NCBI GenBank assembly: GCA_946537295.1
Contig: CAMNFQ010000001.1
Coordinates: 8,430-72,429 of the forward strand
DNA from: an uncultured Bacillota bacterium
Lineage (GTDB): Bacteria; Bacillota_I; Bacilli_A; Erysipelotrichales; Erysipelotrichaceae
Reading direction: 5' to 3'
Length of the DNA: 64,000 bases
Below are positions 55,053-63,471 of this stretch, piece after piece. The position numbers and the translations under genes are program-made. Positions within the stretch are counted from its first letter, which is position 1, and the number at the start of each line of letters is the position of its first letter. The notes below the pieces were generated by a model. That model was not told the origin of the DNA. It saw nothing but the letters and a program-made list of their open reading frames with translations, and made no database searches.

Positions 55053-57492
55053 GAAAGTTACTAAGAAAGAAAATAAAGAACAGACACTGGAAGTAACCAG
55101 TAAAAGTAAATTAGGATGGCTCATTGCAACAATGGTTCTGAGCATCCTTATTTTCTTTACGGTTTCTAAGATGGGAAGTTTTGGAATCATTACCAATAAT
55201 ATTTTTACCTATCTTTTTGGTTCGCTTTATATCGTTCCTGTTTTGTCGTTCTTTTTTTATGGAGTCTTTGTCCTGTTTTTTAATGAAAAGATCAATCATG
55301 CCAAGCCGATAGCAGGAATCATTATTTTTGATCTTGCGATAATGATGCTTAATTCACTTATCATCAATAACGTGAATACTTTTTCACAACTTGCTTCATT
55401 TATTGGTGATAATTTTAAGTCAGTCTTTACTAAGGTTGCTTTACCTAGAATGGGTGGTGTTATTGGTAATTTCCTTTATGTTGTCTTCAGCTCACTGATT
55501 ACCAGAAATGGTACTTTGATTGTTATTATTCTCTTTCTGATCATTGCTGCTATTCTCATCGTTCCGACAGCTACCTATAAGAAAATGTTTTCTGATATGA
55601 AAACATATGCTTCAAACAAAAGAGAAGAGCGTAAGATCCGTAAGGAAGAGGAGCGTCTGGCTGAACAGAAAGCTGAAGAAGAAAGAAGAGCAAAATTAGC
55701 GGAAAAGATGGCCAGAGAAGCTGAAGAAGAGGAAATGCGTGCTAAGCAGCAATCACTTCTTTCAGCAATGAGCGAAGAGAAGAAGGAAGAGGTTGAAGAG
55801 ATAGAAGAGGAAGAAGAACCTGTCATTCCAAGAAGAAGTCATGAACATGACTATGTCCTTTCAAAATCTCCTACTTTTATAAATCTTAATGATCGTGAGA
55901 TCTATGGTGACAGTATTAAAAGAAAGAAAAATCCTTCACTTGATACGATTGAGCCAAAAGTCGTTCACAGTGATGTGATCGTTAATGAAACACCAAAGGT
56001 TCATAAGGTTAAAAGAAATTACAGTACCTATCATCTTCCAAAACCTTATGATGAATTCTTGGATAAGCCGGTATCTAATTCTTCAAATGTCAACAAGACT
56101 TCAGCAGCAGTAAAAGGCGAAAGGGTCATTGAGATACTTAAGAATTTCAATATTGATGCGACTTTACTTAATACCTATATCGGTCCATCAGTTACCAAAT
56201 TTGAAATCAAGCCTGACAGTTCTGTCAAGATAAACAAGATCATGAATATCTCTGACAATATCAAGATGGAACTTGCAGCCAAGGATATCAGGATTGAAGC
56301 ACCGATCCCTGGCAGAAGTGCAGTAGGTATAGAGATCCCAAATGTTGAACCGATTCCAGTCAGAATGATCGATCTGATCAAAAACGTTCCAGCTGATAAA
56401 AAGAAGGTGGAATTACTTTTCTGTGTTGGTAAAGATCTGATGGGAAAACCGATCTTCTGTGATCTTTCCAAGATGCCGCATCTATTGATTGCAGGTGCAA
56501 CAGGTTCAGGTAAATCAGTCTGTATCAATGCGATTATTACTTCCTTCTTATTAAGAACCAATCCGGAAAATGTCAAACTGGTTCTGGTTGATCCTAAGAA
56601 GGTTGAATTTACCCCATACAAGGATATTCCTCATCTGATCTGGCCGATCATTGATGATGCGCAAATGGCTTCCAATATGCTTAAGAAAGTTGTTGTCATA
56701 ATGGAAGAAAGATACGATGCTTTCGCTACTGCGGGAGTAAGAAATATTGATGGTTTCAACAGTTTTGTAGATGAATATAACGCCAATCTTAAAGCTGATG
56801 AAGAACCAATGAAAAAACTTCCATACATGGTCGTAATCATCGATGAGCTTGCTGATCTGATGATGGTTGCCGGTAAGGATGTTGAATTATCTATTCAGAG
56901 AATTACCCAACTTGCCAGAGCATCTGGAATACATCTGATCGTTGCAACCCAAAGACCATCTACCGATGTCATTACCGGTCTGATCAAATCCAATATTCCG
57001 TCGCGTATATCGTTTGCAGTAGCTTCTTCGATTGATTCAAGAACTATTCTTGATCAGACGGGTGCTGAAAGACTGTTGGGAAATGGTGATATGCTTTATT
57101 ATCCGCAGGGTGAAACAGCACCGATCAGATTACAAGGTGTATATGTCACCGATAAGGAGATCTCAAAGATCACCAAATATGTTAAATCTCAGGCACAGCC
57201 TGATTATGAAGATTCCTATTATGAATTTCTTACCAATATGAGTGGAACTACTGTCATGTCGGCAGGAAGTGTCAATGCTGATAGTCAGGATTCACTTTAT
57301 GACGAGGTAGTTGAATTCGTTAAAGCTCAACAGAAAGCATCGACGTCTCTGTTACAGAGAAGGTTTGGTATCGGCTACAATCGTGCTGCCAGACTTATTG
57401 ATACGTTAGAAGACCGAGGTATCATTGGTCCGGCAAATGGTTCAAAGCCAAGAGAAGTATATCTTAAACCTGATGATGAAGAAACAGAATGA
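55030..57492 (+). CDS. ftsK: DNA translocase FtsK/SpoIIIE
   Basis: N-terminal TM helices, E/K/R-rich linker, motor domain with GATGSGKS and a C-terminal gamma wHTH. Start is uncertain (55012, 55030 or GTG 55036). Overlaps the RNase J gene. Confidence 0.9.
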   Translation: MKVARKAKKVTKKENKEQTLEVTSKSKLGWLIATMVLSILIFFTVSKMGSFGIITNNIFTYLFGSLYIVPVLSFFFYGVFVLFFNEKINHAKPIAGIIIFDLAIMMLNSLIINNVNTFSQLASFIGDNFKSVFTKVALPRMGGVIGNFLYVVFSSLITRNGTLIVIILFLIIAAILIVPTATYKKMFSDMKTYASNKREERKIRKEEERLAEQKAEEERRAKLAEKMAREAEEEEMRAKQQSLLSAMSEEKKEEVEEIEEEEEPVIPRRSHEHDYVLSKSPTFINLNDREIYGDSIKRKKNPSLDTIEPKVVHSDVIVNETPKVHKVKRNYSTYHLPKPYDEFLDKPVSNSSNVNKTSAAVKGERVIEILKNFNIDATLLNTYIGPSVTKFEIKPDSSVKINKIMNISDNIKMELAAKDIRIEAPIPGRSAVGIEIPNVEPIPVRMIDLIKNVPADKKKVELLFCVGKDLMGKPIFCDLSKMPHLLIAGATGSGKSVCINAIITSFLLRTNPENVKLVLVDPKKVEFTPYKDIPHLIWPIIDDAQMASNMLKKVVVIMEERYDAFATAGVRNIDGFNSFVDEYNANLKADEEPMKKLPYMVVIIDELADLMMVAGKDVELSIQRITQLARASGIHLIVATQRPSTDVITGLIKSNIPSRISFAVASSIDSRTILDQTGAERLLGNGDMLYYPQGETAPIRLQGVYVTDKEISKITKYVKSQAQPDYEDSYYEFLTNMSGTTVMSAGSVNADSQDSLYDEVVEFVKAQQKASTSLLQRRFGIGYNRAARLIDTLEDRGIIGPANGSKPREVYLKPDDEETE

Positions 57493-57518
57493 CAGATACT
57501 CAACAGTATCTGTTTTTT
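57492..57518 (+). terminator. intrinsic terminator after ftsK
   Basis: ACAGATACT-CAAC-AGTATCTGT followed by TTTTT. Confidence 0.8.
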
Positions 57519-57618
57519 CCACAATTGTTGATAAGATCTGATAATTAATGATTGAATCATGAAAAGAATCCTTTGCGAATGCATGTTAGATTATAGTTGC
57601 AAGTAGGAAAGGAGGCTA

Positions 57619-57912
57619 ATGAACTTGTTTGGCTTGGCAGGACGCATAATCGATGAACCTGAAAGACTCGAGACATCTAACGGGGTCAAGTTATGCCGAC
57701 TGCACATCTCTGTAGACAAAACCGGTAAAGATAAGGATGAACAATCCGAGATCTACGAAGTTACTGTCTTCAGAAATCTTGCTGATGAAAACTATCAGGT
57801 TGGACAGTATGTAGCGGTGAATGGCAAACTCATGCCTAACAACTATGATAAAGAAGGAACCCTCTACTATAATTCAAAACTTGTAGGCAATTCCGTAACT
57901 TTTATCGGCTAG
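57619..57912 (+). CDS. short OB-fold single-stranded DNA-binding-like protein (no acidic tail)
   Basis: 97 aa. L.GRI..EPE...T..G...C...I.V pattern typical of the SSB OB fold. AGGAGG SD. Confidence 0.6.
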   Translation: MNLFGLAGRIIDEPERLETSNGVKLCRLHISVDKTGKDKDEQSEIYEVTVFRNLADENYQVGQYVAVNGKLMPNNYDKEGTLYYNSKLVGNSVTFIG

Positions 57913-57946
57913 AAAAAGATTGAGCTACTGCAGAGCTCAATTTTTT
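57913..57946 (+). terminator. intrinsic terminator
   Basis: ATTGAGCT...AGCTCAAT stem followed by TTTTT. Confidence 0.8.
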
Positions 57947-57968
57947 GTTTATGTTATATAATAAGTTT

Positions 57969-59282
57969 ATGTTTGATTCATTACAGGAAAAATTAACTAA
58001 AACTTTACGAAATGTTCAAGGCAAGGGAAAACTGTCTGAACGTAATATGGAGGAAACTCTTAAGGAAATAAGAGTTGCCTTGCTGGAATCCGATGTAAAC
58101 TATCAGGTCGTCAAAGACTTTCTAGAAAAAGTCAGACAGGAATCTATCGGTCAGGATGTTCTTAACGCCGTAGAGCCAGGTCAGCTGCTGATCAAGATCG
58201 TCAATGATGAACTCATCAGACTGCTTGGTGATGAGGATAATGAGATCCACTTTGCACCTGAAGGTCTCACGACTATCATGATCGTCGGTCTGCAGGGTAC
58301 AGGTAAAACTACTCAGGCTGCTAAACTGGCAAATCTTCTGAAGAAAAAAGGCAGAAAACCAATGCTGGTTGCTGCCGATATCATCAGACCTGCTGCCATC
58401 GATCAGTTAAAGACCCTTGGTGATCAGATCAATGTGGAAGTTTATTCTGAAGGAACTGAGGTAAAAGTACTTACTCAGGTTGAAAATGCCATAGCTTATG
58501 CTAAGCAAAAAGGATATGATGTCGCAATTATCGATACTGCCGGTAGACTTCAGATCGATGAAGTTTTAATGCAGGAACTTAAGGATATCAAGGATCTCGT
58601 CCATCCGGAAGAGATCTTGTTAACAGTTGATGCTCTGACAGGTCAGGATATTGTCAATGTCGCCAATTCATTTAATGATCTGTTGAATGTTACCGGTCTG
58701 ATTCTGACCAAATTCGATGGTGATTCAAAAGGCGGTGCTGCCTTATCAGTTAAAGCGGTTACTGGTGTTCCAATCAAGTATACCGGTGTTGGTGAAAAGA
58801 TCTCTGATCTTGAAACCTTCCATCCGGACAGATTAGCTCAGCGTATCTTAGGTATGGGTGATGTCGTTTCTTTCGTTGAGAAGGCTCAGGAAGAAATGGA
58901 CATGAAGAAAGCAGAAGAAGCTGCCAATCATCTTCTTGAAGGAAAATTCACCATGGATGATCTGCTCAATTCCATTGAACAGTCTCGTAAGCTTGGTCCT
59001 TTATCTTCGATCATGAAGATGATGCCTGGTATGTCTGACATGGCTAATGCAATAAATGATTCTGATGCCGATAATGAACTTAAGAGAATCAAAGCTATCA
59101 TTCAGTCCATGACTCCGGCAGAAAGAGAAGATCCTTCGATCATGAGATCATCACATAAACGCCGTATCGCAAAGGGTTCTGGTACCAAAGTTGAAGATGT
59201 CAATAAACTCTGCAACCAGTATGACAAGATGAAGAAACTCTTCAAGAACATGTCTTCAATGAAATCATTATTCAAATTCTAG
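57969..59282 (+). CDS. ffh: signal recognition particle protein Ffh
   Basis: MFDSLQEKL N-terminus, GLQGTGKTT, DTAGR and a methionine-rich M domain. ATG 57969 lies 6 nt after TATAAT. The longest ORF starts at 57945. Confidence 0.95.
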   Translation: MFDSLQEKLTKTLRNVQGKGKLSERNMEETLKEIRVALLESDVNYQVVKDFLEKVRQESIGQDVLNAVEPGQLLIKIVNDELIRLLGDEDNEIHFAPEGLTTIMIVGLQGTGKTTQAAKLANLLKKKGRKPMLVAADIIRPAAIDQLKTLGDQINVEVYSEGTEVKVLTQVENAIAYAKQKGYDVAIIDTAGRLQIDEVLMQELKDIKDLVHPEEILLTVDALTGQDIVNVANSFNDLLNVTGLILTKFDGDSKGGAALSVKAVTGVPIKYTGVGEKISDLETFHPDRLAQRILGMGDVVSFVEKAQEEMDMKKAEEAANHLLEGKFTMDDLLNSIEQSRKLGPLSSIMKMMPGMSDMANAINDSDADNELKRIKAIIQSMTPAEREDPSIMRSSHKRRIAKGSGTKVEDVNKLCNQYDKMKKLFKNMSSMKSLFKF

Positions 59283-59283
59283 A

Positions 59284-59823
59284 ATGTGCGGAAGATATGA
59301 GTTTGCTCTTAAAGATGATAAGAAGGGCAGACAGATAAAAAATAAAGCTAAAGAAATGAATCTCGTCTATAAACAAGGCGAGATTTTTCCTGGTGATGAA
59401 GTTCTCTGTATCGTACCTAAAAAGGATAAGATCGATCTTGACAGTAAAAAGTGGGGTCTTAGTTCTAACAGGCAGATCAATGCCCGAATTGAATCATTAA
59501 GAACCAATCCTTTTTACAGTAAGATGTTGTCCAACCGATGTGCTGTTATCTGTAATGGCTTTTATGAATGGGATCCTGATAAAAGAAAACACTTTATCTC
59601 ATCAGATGATGAATATATCTATCTTGCCTGTATCTATAACAGTAATAACGAATTACTAATCATTACCAGAGACTCCTATTCTGATTTCAAGAAGATCCAT
59701 GATCGTATACCGGTTATCATGGATCAGAAAGAAATGCTTGAATATATTCATGGCAAAGATATTGATATTGCCAAAAAGGATCTTAAGATCAGCGATCTGG
59801 ATAATGATATTAAGCTGTTCTAA
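59284..59823 (+). CDS. SOS response-associated peptidase (SRAP/YedK family)
   Basis: MCGRY N-terminus (catalytic Cys2), with GFYEW and HDRIPVI motifs conserved. 179 aa. Confidence 0.85.
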   Translation: MCGRYEFALKDDKKGRQIKNKAKEMNLVYKQGEIFPGDEVLCIVPKKDKIDLDSKKWGLSSNRQINARIESLRTNPFYSKMLSNRCAVICNGFYEWDPDKRKHFISSDDEYIYLACIYNSNNELLIITRDSYSDFKKIHDRIPVIMDQKEMLEYIHGKDIDIAKKDLKISDLDNDIKLF

Positions 59824-59825
59824 TA

Positions 59826-59852
59826 AGAGTCAAGTAAAAATACTTGACTCTT
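59826..59852 (+). terminator. 12-bp perfect hairpin after the SRAP gene (weak U tract)
   Basis: AAGAGTCAAGTA-AAA-TACTTGACTCTT followed by AGTTT. Confidence 0.5.
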
Positions 59853-59900
59853 AGTTTAAAATATGTAATTATATTAGAGCAAATAGTAAAGGAGGAAACT

Positions 59901-60170
59901 ATGGTAAAACTTAGATTAAAAAGAATGGGTGCCAAGAAAGTTCCTTTCTACCGTATCGTTGCTGCTGATTCCAGAGCTCCTAGAGATGGTAGAGATATCG
60001 AAACTATCGGAACATATGATCCAACAAAGAATCCCGCAATCGTAAACATTGATGAAGAAAAAGCTTTAAACTGGTTAGATAAGGGTGCTATTCCTTCAGA
60101 TACAGTTCGCAGTATATTAGCTAAGAACGGTACCATGAAGAAATATCTTGAAGCAAAGAAAAGCAAATAA
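59901..60170 (+). CDS. rpsP: 30S ribosomal protein S16
   Basis: [40 protein letters not shown] before ATG 59901. Confidence 0.95.
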   Translation: MVKLRLKRMGAKKVPFYRIVAADSRAPRDGRDIETIGTYDPTKNPAIVNIDEEKALNWLDKGAIPSDTVRSILAKNGTMKKYLEAKKSK

Positions 60171-60418
60171 TGATCGATCTTGAAAAAGTGCTGCTGAATA
60201 TCGTAAAGCCTTTATGTTCTGATCCTGATGCTGTCATGGTAAAACAGATGGAAAGCATCAACGATAATGAACTGTTGCTTTATGTATATGCACCAAGCGA
60301 AGATATTGCCAGACTTATTGGCAAGAAAGGCTCTATGGCCAATTCAATTCGTCAAATGTTGCAGGTTGCTTCCAAGATTGAAAAGAAACGTATTTCAATC
60401 AAATTTGAGGCTCTCTAA
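60170..60418 (+). CDS. khpA: KH-domain RNA-binding protein (KhpA/YlqC)
   Basis: 82 aa with the KH motif IGKKGSMANSIR. Canonical position after rpsP. Confidence 0.85.
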   Translation: MIDLEKVLLNIVKPLCSDPDAVMVKQMESINDNELLLYVYAPSEDIARLIGKKGSMANSIRQMLQVASKIEKKRISIKFEAL

Positions 60419-60443
60419 GAGATGATTATTCATCTCTTTTTTT
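60417..60443 (+). terminator. intrinsic terminator between khpA and rimM
   Basis: AAGAGATGA-TTAT-TCATCTCTT followed by TTTTT. Confidence 0.7.
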
Positions 60444-60456
60444 ATATAATTTTGGT

Positions 60457-60957
60457 ATGAATTATGTTAATATCGGAAAAATACTGAATACCTTTGGTAT
60501 CAAAGGTGAACTCAAGATCGACTCCTATACAGATTTTGTAAAGGAAAGATTTAAAAAAGGTTCTACTGTTTATGTTGGTGAAGACTATCTTCCTTTTACA
60601 GTCAGATCATGCAAGGAACATAAAGGTTTTCTGCTAGTTCAGTTTGAAGGATATGAAGATATCAATCTGGTTGAAAAATATAAGAATATGTATGTCTATA
60701 AATCACGTGATGATATCAAACCATTAAAAAAGGGAGAATACTATTTCTCTGATCTGAAGAATCTTGATGTCTATGTGAATGATCAAAAGATTGGCAAAGT
60801 CATCAATGTTGAAGAAGGTATCAGAAACAATAATCTGCGTGTTTTGAAGGATGAGGATAAGAAAGAATATCTTGTTCCATTTATTCCGGTCTTTATTGAA
60901 AATGTTGATCTTGAAGCAAAAAGGATCGACGTAAACAGTATTGAAGGATTGCTATGA
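60457..60957 (+). CDS. rimM: 16S rRNA processing protein RimM
   Basis: IGKILNTFGIKGELKI N-terminus and a PRC barrel C-terminus. TATAAT 60445-60450 lies 6 nt before the ATG. No SD. Confidence 0.9.
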   Translation: MNYVNIGKILNTFGIKGELKIDSYTDFVKERFKKGSTVYVGEDYLPFTVRSCKEHKGFLLVQFEGYEDINLVEKYKNMYVYKSRDDIKPLKKGEYYFSDLKNLDVYVNDQKIGKVINVEEGIRNNNLRVLKDEDKKEYLVPFIPVFIENVDLEAKRIDVNSIEGLL

Positions 60958-61679
60958 AGATAACTGTTCTGACACTGTTTCCGGAGATGTATGAAGGATT
61001 CATTAATACTTCGATCATCAAAAGAATAATTGATAAGGGATTAGCTGAAATTAAGGTTGTCAACATCCGAGATTATTCCCTTGATAAGCATCACCATGTT
61101 GATGATACGCCATATGGCGGGGGAGCAGGAATGCTGATGAAGGTCGATGTTGTTCATCGTGCTCTGCTTGATAATATTAGCAATGACTATACCTATACGA
61201 TCCTGACTTCTCCAAAGGCCAGACCTTTAAGACAGAGTGATCTTGAAAGACTTTCCAAGATGGATGAGTTTGTCATTATCTGTGGACACTACGAAGGTAT
61301 AGATTATCGTATTGAAAGATATGTGGATGAAAAAGTCAGCATTGGTGATTATGTCCTGACGGGTGGAGAACTGCCTTCGATGGTAATTGTTGATGGAGTT
61401 TTGAGACTTCTTGATGAAGGCATCTCTTCAGATTCTTTAAAAGAAGAATCATACACTGATGGTCTATTGGAATATCCGCAATATACCAGACCTGTTGAAT
61501 ATAATGGTGTCAGAGTTCCTGAAGTGTTGCAGAATGGAAATCATAAGGAGATCAGACGCTATAATCTGAAGATGGCTCTCAAGGAGACCATGTTAAACCG
61601 ACCTGATCTTCTGGATAAAAGAGAATTGAGTGAAGAAGAAAGAATACTGATAAGCGAAATAATAAATGAACTTGGCTAG
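60954..61679 (+). CDS. trmD: tRNA (guanine37-N1)-methyltransferase
   Basis: I.VLTLFPEM and DDTPYGGGAGMLM motifs, SPOUT knot region. Confidence 0.95.
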   Translation: MKITVLTLFPEMYEGFINTSIIKRIIDKGLAEIKVVNIRDYSLDKHHHVDDTPYGGGAGMLMKVDVVHRALLDNISNDYTYTILTSPKARPLRQSDLERLSKMDEFVIICGHYEGIDYRIERYVDEKVSIGDYVLTGGELPSMVIVDGVLRLLDEGISSDSLKEESYTDGLLEYPQYTRPVEYNGVRVPEVLQNGNHKEIRRYNLKMALKETMLNRPDLLDKRELSEEERILISEIINELG

Positions 61680-62478
61680 CTATATCAAAGCAATAGCATT
61701 TGACTTTGATGGAACACTGATAGATTTTGATTACAGAGCTTCTGATTACACCAGAAAGGCTTTAAGTTTACTTGAGAAGTCTGACTATAAAATCTCTCTT
61801 TCAAGCGGCAGACCCTGTTTTCTGGCTTTAAAAGCCTTTCAAAAAACCTTTGGAGATTATCCACTTGACTATGTCTTTGGCTGTAATGGTGCTGAGTTCA
61901 TGGATGTCAGAAAAAAGCAGACAAAGATACTCTATCCCTTATCAAGTGATGATGTCAGATATATCGGTAAAGTGATAGATAGTGATTTCTTGAGTGTTGG
62001 CATCTATGAAAACGAGACTTTCCTGGTCGATAAGATCGCAAATGAAAAAGTCGCAAAGTGGATCAAGGCCCGATGGCTTAATCCCAAGATCTTTGACTTT
62101 TCTAAGAATTGTATCCCTCGCAGCAAGATCGTTGTCCTCAATGATGCGACAGATAGAGAAAAAGAAGATGAATATCTGAAAACAATTGATCTATCCGCAT
62201 ATAATACCTGTTACTCAACGATGAACTGTTTTGAGATAACTTTAAAAGGTGTGACAAAAGCCAAATCGATCGAATATCTTTCACAATTGCTTGGTTGTGA
62301 AAAGAAACAGATCCTCAGTTTTGGTGATATGGAAAATGACATGGAGATGTTGAAAGAATCGACTGGTGTGATCATGGGCAATGCTGATGAGAGTCTTAAG
62401 AAACAGATTCCATTTCATACTTCTAGAGTCGATGAATTAGGTATCTATGAGTTTTTAGCTAATAATCATTTGATTTAA
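61666..62478 (+). CDS. Cof-type HAD-IIB hydrolase
   Basis: FDFDGTL motif I, SSGR motif II and GDMENDMEM motif IV. Confidence 0.85.
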   Translation: MNLASYIKAIAFDFDGTLIDFDYRASDYTRKALSLLEKSDYKISLSSGRPCFLALKAFQKTFGDYPLDYVFGCNGAEFMDVRKKQTKILYPLSSDDVRYIGKVIDSDFLSVGIYENETFLVDKIANEKVAKWIKARWLNPKIFDFSKNCIPRSKIVVLNDATDREKEDEYLKTIDLSAYNTCYSTMNCFEITLKGVTKAKSIEYLSQLLGCEKKQILSFGDMENDMEMLKESTGVIMGNADESLKKQIPFHTSRVDELGIYEFLANNHLI

Positions 62479-62483
62479 TCGTA

Positions 62484-62549
62484 TTTTATGATAAAATAAT
62501 CTAGCGCTGTTCCGCTTTTCAATCATGATTATGAACAGATGTCATAAAA
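62484..62549 (+). promoter_or_regulatory. structured 5' leader of rplS (possible L19 autoregulatory leader)
   Basis: Nested helices: TTTTATGATA (62484-62493) with TGTCATAAAA (62540-62549), and CTGTTC (62507-62512) with GAACAG (62533-62538). Family assignment not verified. Confidence 0.3.
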
Positions 62550-62567
62550 CTGAAAAGGAGAGAAAAG

Positions 62568-62915
62568 ATGAATTTAGGTTTAGTTGATGAAATCACAAAA
62601 GAACAAATGAAATCTGATCTTCCTGAACTTGCTCCCGGACAGACTGTTCGTGTAGATGTTAAGATCAAGGAAGGCGACAAATCACGTATCCAGGCATATG
62701 AAGGTATCGTAGTCAAGGTACAGGGTTCCGGTATCGGTAAGACTTTCACAGTAAGAAAGATCTCTTCCGGTGTTGGTGTTGAAAGAACATTCCCAGTTCA
62801 TTCACCTGTTATCGACAAGATCACAGTACTCAGAGTTGGTAAGGTAAGAAGAGCTAGACTGTTCTATCTGAGAGACCGTTCTGGTAAATCTGCTAAGATC
62901 AAAGAAGTCAGATAA
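62568..62915 (+). CDS. rplS: 50S ribosomal protein L19
   Basis: [26 protein letters not shown]...RRARLFYLR. Confidence 0.95.
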   Translation: MNLGLVDEITKEQMKSDLPELAPGQTVRVDVKIKEGDKSRIQAYEGIVVKVQGSGIGKTFTVRKISSGVGVERTFPVHSPVIDKITVLRVGKVRRARLFYLRDRSGKSAKIKEVR

Positions 62916-62921
62916 TTTGTT

Positions 62922-62949
62922 AAAGCCGTTAATAACGGCTTTTCTTTTT
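62922..62949 (+). terminator. intrinsic terminator after rplS
   Basis: AAAGCCGTT-AAT-AACGGCTTT followed by a T run. Confidence 0.8.
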
Positions 62950-62966
62950 GAGTATAATAAATATAA

Positions 62967-63470
62967 ATGAAGAAAAGCTTTATCAAAGAAACACTCAAAC
63001 TCATAGTTGAATCTGCCCTGATCGTTGTGATACTGATCAACTTTGTTCTGATACCTTGTGTTGTGGACGGTTCCAGTATGGTACCAAATCTCAGGGAAGG
63101 ACAGTTTGGCTATTCGTTCATCATCACCAAACATCTGGGAATATCACGATTTGATATTGTGGTAATCAAACCTGACGCCAATTCCAACAAACTGATTGTA
63201 AAAAGAGTTATAGGTTTACCGGGTGAAAAGATTTCTTATCGCGACAATAAACTCTATATCAATGGTGAATACGTTGAAGAGAATTTTTTAGGTGATGTGA
63301 CTACTGATTCTTTTGAAGAAACTCTATCGGATAATGAGTATTTCTGTCTGGGTGACAATCGTAATGTTTCCAGAGATTCCAGATACTATGGTCCTTTTAC
63401 CAAGAACGAGATCGTTTCTTCACACCTTCTGGTAATATATCCGTTTGATGCCATCGGATTCAGAAAATAA
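62967..63470 (+). CDS. lepB: signal peptidase I
   Basis: GSSMVPNL (catalytic Ser), KRVIGLPGE (Lys) and GDNRNVSRDSR boxes. Confidence 0.9.
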   Translation: MKKSFIKETLKLIVESALIVVILINFVLIPCVVDGSSMVPNLREGQFGYSFIITKHLGISRFDIVVIKPDANSNKLIVKRVIGLPGEKISYRDNKLYINGEYVEENFLGDVTTDSFEETLSDNEYFCLGDNRNVSRDSRYYGPFTKNEIVSSHLLVIYPFDAIGFRK

Positions 63471-63471
63471 T

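Noticed and set aside
55600-55830. Repetitive GAAGA/AAAGA-rich DNA that could look like a tandem repeat
   Set aside because: It lies in-frame within the FtsK linker and encodes an E/K/R-rich low-complexity segment (EERKIRKEEERLAEQKAEEERRAK...). There is no exact repeat unit or spacer structure.
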